The notes beneath the pieces are model-generated. The model was given only the letters and a program-made list of their open reading frames with translations, had not been told where the DNA came from and searched no databases. The position numbers were made by a program, and so were the translations under genes. Positions 12,259-23,424 of a DNA stretch of 64,000 bases are shown in pieces. The stretch's first letter is position 1; the number at the start of each line of letters is the position of its first letter. Origin of the DNA: Octopus sinensis (taxonomy: Eukaryota); assembly GCF_006345805.1 (NCBI RefSeq), contig NC_043016.1, positions 13,888,001 through 13,952,000 of the forward strand, in the 5' to 3' direction.

Positions 12259-12841
12259 TTTCTAATAATATTGAATAATAAAAATATAATAGGATTTTTA
12301 AAACATCAAATGACTATGGGGGTCTTGTAGAGTGTAGTGAGACCATATTGAAGACACACACACATGCATGTGATGGACTTCTTTCAGTTTCCATCTATGA
12401 AATCCACTCACAAGGTTTGATCAGCCTGAGACTATAGCAGAAGCCATTTGCCTAAGGTGCCATGCAGTGGGACTGAACCTGGAACCATGTGGTTGGCAAG
12501 CAAACTTCTTATCACACAGACACACCCATAAATCTGCTTTCTCCTATTCCCTTCTACTATCAATCTTTTATGCATTACTTCTGTTCAAGATGTTGTTGAT
12601 TTATTGTCATTCCAGCTGTGGCCCTTCTATCTTTTTACATAATTAAGACTACATTCTGTTCTGCATCCTTCCTTTGTTTAAATAAGAAGGAATTCAGTTA
12701 CTATTTCTAGTAAGTCAGTGATCACATAGAGGTTCCTTTATTGCTGACTAGATTGGTGTCATTGATTTTTGAGTCCCAGATCAACACTGATAGAGTGACC
12801 TATGGTCAAAGTCATTCTCAAAGTGCCGATTCCGTGTTTAA

Positions 12842-13063
12842 TCCCTTAGCATTTAAACCAGCTCTCTCTGGCCCAAATATTCTACCCTGTTATATGATGA
12901 AATCGGTCAGCTATGAACTTTCGCTCATACCCTGTTCTGTCATTCTAAAATTAAACAATCACATCACTGAAATTTTGTATCTACATGATTGTTCTTAATT
13001 AATTCAAAACAATGTGAACAAAAATGCATTACATTTGACAGAGTAATTCAGAATGTTAAAGGG
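12842..13063. mobile_element. piggyBac-like MITE
   Basis: TTAA|tcccttagcatt ... aatgttaaaggg|TTAA. Second copy at 32030-32250. Confidence 0.75.
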
Positions 13064-13229
13064 TTAAGATATATGTCGACTACGTTATGTAACATGACAT
13101 CTTTACAAAGATAATGGGACGTATCATATTCTATTTTTCCCAAGAACAAGTCCTGAAAATTTACCATCTATCCTAAAGGACAAAGGTTATGTTTTCGTTA
13201 ATCCCAGAGGAAGTTTATTGTAAACTTAC

Positions 13230-13241
13230 TGTGTCTCCATT
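13230..13241 (-). CDS. Candidate 12-nt micro-exon of unidentified minus-strand gene
   Basis: attttcttttactttacag|AATGGAGACACA|gtaagt: strong acceptor and perfect donor in non-repetitive DNA. Confidence 0.4.
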
Positions 13242-15734
13242 CTGTAAAGTAAAAGAAAATAACAAAAAATGCTGTCTGTAGATTGGCAACAGCATTTATG
13301 TGTTGCTAAGTTATTATCAAAACCTCTTGCTAAAGTATTTGAAAGTTCTGAGACTTTGCTCTTGTTAATCTTTTTATCTTTTATTCTATTTTTTGTTTTT
13401 TTTTTTTGTTTCAGGCATTAGATAGTGGCCATGCTGCGGTACCGCCATGAAGAACTTTAGTTGAACAAATCAACCCCAGTACTTATTTTTGCTTTTGAGC
13501 CTCGTGCTTATTATATCAGTGTCATTTGCTGAACTGCTAAGTTACAGGGATGTAAACACACCAGCACCGGTTGTCAAGCGATAGGATGAGGACAAACACA
13601 ACCACAAAGACACATTCATACAGATACATACATACGATAGGCTTCTTTCAGTTTCCATCTACCAAGTCCACTCACAAGGCTTTGGTCGGCCCAAGGTTAT
13701 AGTAGAAAACACTTGCCCAAGGTGCCATGCAGTGGAACTGAACCCTGAGCCAAGTGGTTGGGAAGCAAACTTCTTACCACACAGCCACTCCAGTACTTAA
13801 TTTTGTTTAAAAATTTCTAGTATAAATGAGGGTGCTACTTTTAACTGGAGCATCCCCAATGCCAGAAAATAGTAATTTTACTGAGATTTGGCTACTATTT
13901 CTAGTCAGTTGAGTGACCATTTAGAGGCTGTTTATCTGTGTTGCACTGAAACCTACAGTTAACTAATAAACTTATTCTTCTCTGAAAAGGATAAAAGCAC
14001 TCTTTTTACAATGGTTTCAAATTTTGACACAAGGCCAGCAATTCTAACGGATGCAGTAAGTCAATTACATTGACCCCAGTGCTTGACTGCTATTTATTTT
14101 ATCAATCCTGGGAGGATGAAAGGCAAAATCAACCTTGGTACCATTTGAACTCAGAACATAAAAAGACAGAAGAAATGCTGCCAAGCATTTTGTCTGATGC
14201 ACCAAGGACTATGCCAACCCATTTGATACTACCTGGCCCCATGTCATCAAAAATGATGGATAATTGTAATATTTTATATATAAATATGGACAAAAGATAG
14301 AATCATCATCATCATCATCATCATCGTTTAACATCTGGACGGTTCGACCGGGGATCTGGGAAGCCAGAAGGCTGCACCAGGCTCCAGTCTTATCTGGCAG
14401 TGTTTCTACAGTTGGATGCCCTTCCTAATGCCAACCACTCCGTGAGTGTACTAGGTGCTTTTTACGTGCCACCTGCACAGGTGCCAGGTGAGGCTGGCAA
14501 CAGCCACGGTTGGATTGGTGCATTTTACGTGCCACCGGCACGGAAGCCAGTCGAGGCGGCGCTGGCGTCGGCCACGATTTGGATAGTGCTTTTTACGTAC
14601 CACCAGTCCAAGGGTCCTGGCATCTGCTGGGTGCCAGTCATAGGATTGGTTCAATTTCGATTTCACTTGCCCCAACAATTAAAACACATGTCAATGTTAT
14701 CAAGTGGTTGTCTTTTGAGATTTGACATTGATCATCATTTGTTACTGAAAGAATGCTGGTTCACACATACATTCACACACTTCCCTTGTACACACACACA
14801 CACACACACACACATACATACACAGAGTTGAAACACTGTTTGATTTTTCTTCTCAGCATTGAATGTTCACCATCCCACTTCCATTGTACACACACACACA
14901 TTCACATACTTCCCTTTATATACACTCACACATATACTCACACAGAATTGAAACACTGAATCCGTTCTCATTCATATGTTGTGGCTGAGAAAAACACAAG
15001 ATTATTATTAAGGTAGATATTACCAACAAAATATAATTTAAGTTAGAAAAAACACATTAAAAAAAAAATTCAACCAAAGTAACTTTAAAACATGTCCCAA
15101 CATGATAACATCAAATAATAATAGAGTGCTTTCTGATATAAGCACCACAAGGTTGTAATATTTGGGGCAGCTGGCAGAGTTGTTAGCACACCTGGCAAAA
15201 TGCTTAGCAGTATTTTGTGCATCTTTATGCTTTGAGTTCAAATCCTGCCAAGGTCGGCTTTGCTTTTCATCCTTTCAAGTACCAATTCGGAACTAGGGTT
15301 CATGTAATCTACTTACCCACTCCTCTGAAATTGCTGGCCTTGTGCCAAAATTTAAAACCAATATTTGGGGCAGATATTAAGTTTATTAAATCATTCCCAA
15401 TATTTGATCAACAATAATGATGTTTGTTGGAGGGGGGGGGTTCTATTGAAAGAATTTCTTATAAGGTGAGGTTGTCATTGAATTTGAGAAGTTTATTAAT
15501 GGTGGAGAGGCTAAGTTTAATGGGATTGGTAAAATATCATCATCATCATCATCACCATCGTTTAATGTGTTATCAATGCTGGCATAAGTTGGATGGTTTG
15601 ACAGGAGGTGGAAAGGCCAGGAGATGCATGAGTTTTATTGCCTGTTTTAGCATGGTTTCTGTGGCCGGGTGCCATTGCTAATGCCAACCACTTTACAAAG
15701 TGTATTCAGTGCTTTTTATGTGGCACATTCACTT

Positions 15735-16173
15735 TTGCTTTTTATGTGACACCATCACCAGTGTGTTTTATGTGACACCATCACCTGTGCTTTTTATGTG
15801 GCACTGTCACCTGTGCTTTTTATGTGACACTGTCACCTGTGCTTTTTATGTGACACTGTCACCTGTGCTTTTTATGTGACACTGTCACCTGTGCTTTTTA
15901 TGTGACACTGTCACCTGTGCTTTTTATGTGACACTGTCACCTGTGCTTTTTATGTGACACTGTCACCTGTGCTTTTTATGTGACACTGTCACCTGTGCTT
16001 TTTATGTGACACTGTCACCTGTGCTTTTTATGTGGCACTGTCACTTGTGCTTTTTATGTGGCACTGTCACCTGTGCTTTTTATGTGGAACTGTCACCTGT
16101 GCTTTTTATGTGGAACTGTCACCTGTGCTCTTTATGTGACACCATCACCTGTGCTTTTTATATGACACCATCA
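15735..16173. repeat. 26-bp minisatellite (about 17 copies)
   Basis: Unit cacctgtgctttttatgtgacactgt; grows out of a SINE-like copy at 15535-15730. Confidence 0.95.
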
Positions 16174-17468
16174 CTAGCAGGGTCACGAAGTACATTGCAA
16201 AACAAAAATCCCTCATTTGTTGAATTTTTGCTCTTCATTTTTTATATTTATGATATGGATTGTTTCTAGTATTGTGGGGACTCATTAGTCACCTTTTGAT
16301 TTTATTGAGGAAAAATCAGAGTTTGTGTCTAGGTTTGGCACAATGTTACATATTATAAGGCAGAGTCAGCTTTTAACTAAATAGTCAAACTATATTACTC
16401 TTGTTTATTTTATCAACCTCCAAAGGAATGAAAGGCAAAATTGATCTCTACAAGAGTGGGACTCAGTTTGTAATTTAGGGCATGTAACTAAATACCAAAG
16501 GCCGTTTTGATTCCATAATCCAAATATTATAAAAATGCTGTCACCATTAACTGGTTTATATGATTCAGCCACAAGGAGGTATTTGTCCTATTGTTGTTCT
16601 ATTCTGCAGCTATCACTGGATGATGACTTAAGTTAGTATAGTACAATAAAAAAATATTGGTTTCAAGGTTTGTCACAAGGCCAGCAATTTTGGGCAAGGG
16701 GTGGGGAAGTAGATTACATTGACCCTGGTGCTTAACTGGTACTTATTTTATTGAACCCAAAAAGGATGAAAAGCAAAATTGACCTCAGTAGATTTTGAAC
16801 TCAGAATGCCACTAAGCATTTTGCCCAGCATGCTAATGATTCTGCCAGCCTGCCACCTTACTGTAGCAAAATATTGTTTGAAGACGTGCTTTGCCAGAGT
16901 GTCCTGACTCTTAAAAAACTCAAGATTCAAATATTTCTAATACTGTACTTAATCTAATTCTAATAATTTAAATTACAGGTACGACTCATTTTCGCCAGTT
17001 GGTTTCAAATTTTTGGCCCAATGCCAGCAATTTGGGAAATAGGGAGCCACTTAGTTATTTACAAATTTATTTTAAAAGATTTCTTTCAACATTTTTACCT
17101 GCAAGTAAGTCAACATATTTATCAAGGTATGTGAAATATGAAAAATACTCAATATACATATTATACAAGTGTTGCCCTACTCACCTCCATTCTAAATTTT
17201 AAGTTTCATTTTGTAAGATCTATATGTGAGGTATGTCAATATGTGCGTAATTATGTCCACCAGTTTTGTTTTTGTCTCCCTCATATTAAATCTCAATGTA
17301 ATCATAATCTAAATAATCTGAAAAGTATTTGTAGAAATTTTTATTAAAAAAGTGCAATATTTATGGAAGTTATGAGAAGACAAAATTTACTCATTGAAAT
17401 TTTCTGAAACTCTTCTTCTCCCACTTACAAAAACATTTTTCACAACAAATTCTAATATACATTATTTA

Positions 17469-18746
17469 TTGGGTTGTCCAGAAAGTTTGTGCTGGTTTAT
17501 AGTAGCTTACCTTTCAACTTATTTTATAACATGGTTGAGTCCATAAAATAGGATTTGACTACACCTCCATTTAGAGCACAATTTAAGCTATCTTTTCGTG
17601 GAAGAAGGTTTATGTTCCTATAACCTGTGTTAATTCTGTAACCCTTTAAAATGGATGATAAGAAAGTTCATTTTCAGCACTTGATGCTTTTCTTTTTCCG
17701 TAAAGGGAAAAATGCCTCACAAGCAACCAAAGAAATATGCGCAGCTCACGGTGGTGTTTTTTTTATCCAAACGAACTGTACGGAAGTGGTTCGCAAGGTT
17801 CTGAGCTGGAGATTGTAGCCTTATTGATAAAGAGTGATCAGGCAGACCATCCACCACAGATGATGACCAAATCAAGTCATTATTTGAGAATAACCCACAT
17901 TGCACAACCCAAGAATTGGCAGAAAGCCTCACCCTATCAAAATCCATCATTCATGAGCACCTGGTAAAGTTTGGGTATACAAATTGCTACGATGTTTGGG
18001 TACCACATGAGTTGAGTGAGAAGAACCTTTTGGATCGCATCTCCATCTGTGATTCGCTTTATAAATAGAATGAAAACACACTTTTTTTAAAGCAAATTGT
18101 GACAGGTGATGAGAAATGGATTATCTACTGAAATGTTCAGAGAAAGCGATCCTTGAGTAAGCGACATGAGCCACTTTTAGCCACTCCAAAAGCAGGTCTT
18201 CACCCTAAAAAAGTCTTGATTTGTGTCTGGTGGGATTGGAAAGGAATTCTGTACTATGAGCTTCTCCCAAGTAACCAGACAATTAATTCTGAGCAACACT
18301 GCATGCAACTGGATGAGTTAAAAGCAGCAATTCAAGAGAAACGTCCAGAATTGGCCAACAGAAAGGGTGTTGTTTTCCAACATGATAATGCAAGACCGCA
18401 TGTTTCTTTGGGAACCAGACAAAGATTGCTGCAGCTTGGCTGGGATGTGTTACCCCACCCTCCATATTCACCAGATATTGCTCCTTCGGATTCTCCCTTA
18501 TTCAGGTCTCTGCAGAATAGTCTTAATGGTAAAAATTTCAATTCCTTGGATGACGTAAAAAGATACCTTGATGAATTCTTTGACACACCTCAATTCTGAG
18601 AAGAGGGTATTTTCAAGTTAAAGGAAAGATGGAGATGCATTGTGCAACAAAATGGTTCATATTTGGTTGATTAAAAATGTAATGGCAAGTATTTATTGAC
18701 TTTTTCTTTCCTTTAAAAGTCAGCACGCACTTTCTGGACAACCCAA
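17469..18746 (+). mobile_element. Mariner (D,D34D) transposon, full length, inactivated
   Basis: TIRs ttgggttgtccagaaagt..gtgctg / cagcac..actttctggacaacccaa with TA TSDs. Transposase from ATG 17651 with WVPHEL, TGDEKW, HDNARPH and YSPDIAPSD motifs, broken by stops and frameshifts. Confidence 0.95.
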
Positions 18747-18794
18747 TACATTATTTACATTTGACGGATATTTGTCCTCACCTTGTTTGTTGCT

Positions 18795-18840
18795 AACACA
18801 ATGTTTCAGCTGATATACCCTCCAGCCTTCATCAGGTGTC
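18795..18840 (-). ncRNA. Minimal type I hammerhead motif in PLE pLTR (degenerate)
   Basis: GACAC-CUGAUGA-AG-GCUG[gaggguauau]CAGC-U-GAAA-CAU-U-GUGUU. Helix I GACAC/GUGUU; helix III ACAU probably decayed from palindromic ACGU. Confidence 0.6.
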
Positions 18841-19147
18841 TTGGGGAAATTTCAAACCTATGAACATCGCAAAGCTGTGACACGAGGAGATATTGATAAA
18901 TCGGGTATAGCTGATCTTGTATGGAAAAATGGAGACCACCTCCCCCTGTGGGATGAAGTTAAAATAATAGACAGAGAACACCATTGAAAAATACAAAAAC
19001 TAAAAGAAGCAGCACATCTGCTAGGACACAACAACCTCCTAAGCAGACCGAGTGCAGATATGAACAGCATATGGAAACCGGTATTAAGGAAGGACATGAA
19101 AATATTAGATTTATAAGCCATAAAATTCACTCCATAATTGCCCAAGG

Positions 19148-19220
19148 GCATATGGCGTAGAGGTTAAGAGCACGGGCTACTAACCCCAAGATTCCAAGTT
19201 TGATTCCAGGCAGTGACCTG
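19148..19220 (+). other. tRNA-like SINE head (Ser-like, anticodon loop CT-ACT-AA)
   Basis: tggcgtagagg (A box), gggctactaacc, agtttgattcc (B box), followed by (AAT)n. Not a complete tRNA. Confidence 0.55.
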
Positions 19221-19856
19221 AACCTAAACCTGAACAATAATAACAATAATAATAATGATAATAATAATGATAATGATAATGAATGCCCTCATGCAATACC
19301 AGGCAGTGGCTCTCATGGCTTCTGATCTTAACTGATTGGAAGTGTTATCATGTACATTGTTTTGTCTTGGTATAAAAGATGGGCTACAGCAAATATTCTG
19401 CTCAATACCATAGATTTGATTGTCACTTGTTTGACCTTAACCAGTTGACCATGTCCCTTAGTGGTTGACAATATGTGAATCTCTGACCATGAGCAGAAGT
19501 AGTGGGGGAGCATCATAGCCATGTGTTGAGAGGGTTTCTTTGGGGTTTGGATAATCCACCTCTGGAAACATGGGTGGTTCGTTAAACAACCCTTATTCAG
19601 GGACATTTTGAGTGGGATGGGCTGCTCAACCTGAAGGAAATACTAATTGGGCTCCATCTGCAAGGTCATGTGCTGCTTATCTTGATATGAGATCACCATG
19701 TTGTGCACATATGGTTGCGATGCATGTGCCTGGTGTACCCTTTTCAGACGGGTAGTCATGATGGCTATATTGGGCTTCATATATTTGTACCCCAGTGTTA
19801 CTTTGATGGCATGCACTGCACTCTCACTCAGTAATAATAATAATAATAATAATAAT

Positions 19857-19920
<64 letters not shown>

Positions 19921-20624
19921 GTAACATTGAAAAATACCTTAGGATGAGAACCCCGGAAGGCTGGAGGGTATATCAGCCGAAACATTTTAATAACAATCAA
20001 GATGAAGACAATATCCATCAAATGTAAATAATGTACATATTTCTCATCTCTTAAATATAGAACTGAAATTCTAATATAATTGTAATTTACACCATCTGAA
20101 AGATATCCATAGAAAATTTCATCAAGAAATACCTATTTTTCTTAGAGTTATGAGGAAACAAAGTCAGGGCTACATTTGTGTAGGTATGTCAATTAATCAT
20201 TATATTTTACAAAGATTGCTTACAGTCAAGGAATCTTGGTTTTTATTTTTTTATTTTTTATGTAACAAAATAGCGAGTGGCTGTAATTACAGAGAAATAG
20301 ATAGCCAGAAACTAATTCTGAATGCAAGGAAATATTTTTGTAAATTTGAGAAGTCTATTTTACGCAACATGTAGCCAAGAGATGGTGTTATCAAGATTAA
20401 AGAGATCATGTTACATGTCAGAGATAATAAGAGGATGTTATGTAACTTAGTTAGTATCTAACAAAGTCTACTTTCAATAATAAATTAACGTTCAAGATTA
20501 ATGAAATGTACAGCTATTTTCCTTTTTAAGTCAATGTTTGAAATGACATTAACAATGAATTTCTATTAATATTGAGGATTTAGCAGTTCAATCATTAAAT
20601 AAATGAAAAAAAAAATTTACTTAC

Positions 20625-20648
20625 TTGAAAGATTTGGAAGCAAGCAAT
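20625..20648 (-). CDS. Candidate 24-nt micro-exon
   Basis: attaattag|ATTGCTTGCTTCCAAATCTTTCAA|gtaagt: perfect donor, weak acceptor. Confidence 0.25.
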
Positions 20649-21990
20649 CTAATTAATCTTCAAAATATCACTTAGCTATAGTGTCTCCTTTTGTTTTTTT
20701 CATTTTGATGGTTTTATTTGCAATGTAACTAATATCTTAAAACCCAAAGATTTCTTATCTTTTTCTTTTTTTATATAAGTTTTAAACCAGAATGTTCATT
20801 ACCAAGACAGAATAGAATAGATCTTCTTGTGGGGTGAGTATACGACCCAATTTTTATATTACCACACAATCATTTCAACAAATCTTGTCGCTTATGTCCT
20901 TCCATAAATAGGATATAAAATTCACATAATGTCATTTCCCTTCTGAAAATCTGAAACATTGCAGTTATGTAAGAAATATTATTTTCATGTTGTAATAAAA
21001 ATATATGTATATTTTTATGTTCATATCCTGTTGCAAACATTCCATTCATGGAATTTGAGTTATGATGATTGGTCATTCATTAATTATTCATTTGAATTGT
21101 CAGAAGCTCAAATATCTCAGAAGGTAACATTTTACCAATGTTACTAGAGAAGAAACCCATTTACCATTATGGTAAATCAACCTTCCGATTTCAACTTTCT
21201 AACTCATCTTCATTGCATTCCTTCTCTATTCTTCTCACTTCAGCTCTTTATTAAATCCTGCTATTCAGAGATTGTTGGCATCCTCCAACTTTGTTCTATA
21301 AGACATTCTGTTTCCCATCACTCATAAAGTCTATCTCTTTCCAACTCCACAACAAATACTACATCAAATTATTTATCCTGAGAATTCTTACCCAGGACTG
21401 TCTTGAGGTTTAGGTATTCGAGGCAGCAGTCCATGAATCTCATGGATCCAGGAACCCAGTTCTTACCTATGTTTGTTGTGGTTTGTTGTCAATAAATTGT
21501 ATAGAGCCCAGTGCATTCATTTGTCCAGGGGCCTAAATGATGCTAAAGCAGCTCCTCTCTCATCTTCCAACTATCCATTTTCCTTCAAACCTCTAAGCTA
21601 CATAATAACCACACCAGTCTAATTCCTATCTCTATTTGTCTTGAATTAGGATTTATGAATTGTAAAAGTGTCCTCTTCTTTTAACATAACAATAGAAAAA
21701 GTATTTGATATTAACCAAAGCAAGCTTTAAGAAAATGGACCTTGTTACAAGTAATGAAAGGTTAGAGTAGAATAATAGAACCTTAATGTAAAAAGGTCTC
21801 AACAAATTGTTTAAAGTTGGAAGTTAAATGTCATGGAAGAGGTAGAATGATGGTTCTAAGTAATTTTGAGAAGAATTGGTGTAAACTTGTTAAATTTGAA
21901 AAGTTATAGATCATTGGTACAAGATAAAATGTCAATGCTTCATTCTGCCTTCTGGTAGGATAACAAAAAAATGAAAAAAAAAACCAAAAA

Positions 21991-22491
21991 AAATCTCTGA
22001 ACGAGGTATAAACAGTAACTGCACGACAATGTGAGGTATACTTGCCATCTCAAAATGGCTAACCACTAAGGGTGGGTGTTACTGTAGCTTGTAGCCCCAG
22101 GAGAACATCGTCTCCTACCCCTAACCCTACCTCACATTGTTGTGCAGTTACTCTTTATATCTTGTTCAGAGATTTATTATTGCTTGCATACAGTTTTTCG
22201 AGATCAGTGACGAAAAGTTACTGGAAAAACCATATAAGGATTTGCATTGGAACACCTTTTCATCGAAAACCGGTGATTGTCGTACACTGATGACAGGTCA
22301 ATACCTAGAAACTGCAGTCCGTGCGTATCACTTAGGTTGACGAGGGAGGGGTGACCTCCCTTTGCAAATACCATAAGGGTACAGAAAGTGTGTCTAAAGC
22401 CAGCTGGAGACGATGTTCTCCTGGGGCTACAAGCCACAGTAACACCCACCCTTAGTGGTTAGCCATATTGAGATGGCAAGTATACCTCACA
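21991..22491 (+). mobile_element. Hammerhead-containing 355-nt element with inverted copy of its own head-tail junction (retrozyme-like or PLE pLTR)
   Basis: Monomer 22128-22482 bounded by direct tacctcaca. 22030-22115 is the reverse complement of 22406-22491 (84/86). 21991-22038 is the reverse complement of 22128-22175 (44/48). Confidence 0.75.
22273..22331 (+). ncRNA. Type I hammerhead ribozyme
   Basis: GUGAU-ugu-CGUACA-CUGAUGA-C-AGGU[caau]ACCU-A-GAAA-CUGCAG-UC|CGUGCG-U-AUCAC. GUC triplet, palindromic helix III ACUGCAGU, two point mismatches (C.A at 10.1/11.1, A.C at helix I base). Confidence 0.8.
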
Positions 22492-23008
22492 AAAAAAAAA
22501 CAACATTAAGCAGAAATCATTGATAAAGAAAAATAGTCTTTGACATGTGAAAAGCACCCACTACACCACTTGGAGTGGTTGTTATTAGGAAAGGCATTTA
22601 TCCATAGAAACCATGCTGAATCAGCAAAGTGTAGCTCTCTAGCTGAGCTGTCTAACTCATGCCAGCGTGGAAAGTAGATGCCAAATGATGATGATGATGA
22701 TGATGATGGATACATTTCATTTTGTTCTAATGTTAAATGACCAAACATAAAATTCCACATGAGTTATTTACTGTGAATATTTTCATGATTCAGGAAGGTG
22801 ACTACAATTCATGGAATGTTAATATTCACACATAACTGAAAGGTTTTGGAATAGTGTGATTGTGTGGTTAGTAGCTTGCTTCTCAACCACGTGATTCTGA
22901 GTTCAGTCCCACTGCATGGCATCTTGGGCAAGTGACTTCTACTATAGCCTCAGGCAGACCAAAGCGTTGTGAGTGGATCTGGTAAATGGAAACTGAAAGA
23001 AGCCCATC

Positions 23009-23041
<33 letters not shown>

Positions 23042-23246
23042 TGTATGAATGTGATCACGTGATCACGTGACCGACCAGACCATCAGATGTTGTTACACAT
23101 CACTGGTCACAATGCATACGCATTGTTTTAGCCTTCCAATGACGCCACCCCGCTGGCTAAGCGAGCGGGCCATGTATGTATGTATGTACATATGTATTAT
23201 GTATGTTTGTGTGTGTGTGTATGTATGTATGTATTATGTATGTTTG

Positions 23247-23277
<31 letters not shown>

Positions 23278-23424
23278 TGTGTGTGCGTGCGTGTGTCTGT
23301 GTGTCTGTCTGTGTTTGTCCCCCACCATTGCTTGACAACTGGTGATGCATTAGCATCCCTGTATCTTAGAAGGTCAGCCAAAGAGGCCAATGGAATACAT
23401 ACATAGGCTTTGAAAAATAAGTCC

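Larger units (their letters stand above)
18749..20075 (+). mobile_element. 5'-truncated Penelope-like element with inverted 5' pLTR
   Basis: Plus-strand GIY-YIG C-terminus EHRKAVTRG..SGIADLVW..H..WDEVKIIDREH..KLKEAAH..N..W.P (about 18858-19110). 18749-18855 is the reverse complement of the terminal repeat at 19925-20075. Confidence 0.8.

Noticed and set aside
19148-19220. Functional tRNA-Ser gene
   Set aside because: The acceptor stem does not close, there is no long variable arm or T-run terminator, and the context is SINE-like.
22116-22130. ccctaaccct linker as telomeric priming signature
   Set aside because: Only about 1.5 TTAGGG units; indistinguishable from chance.
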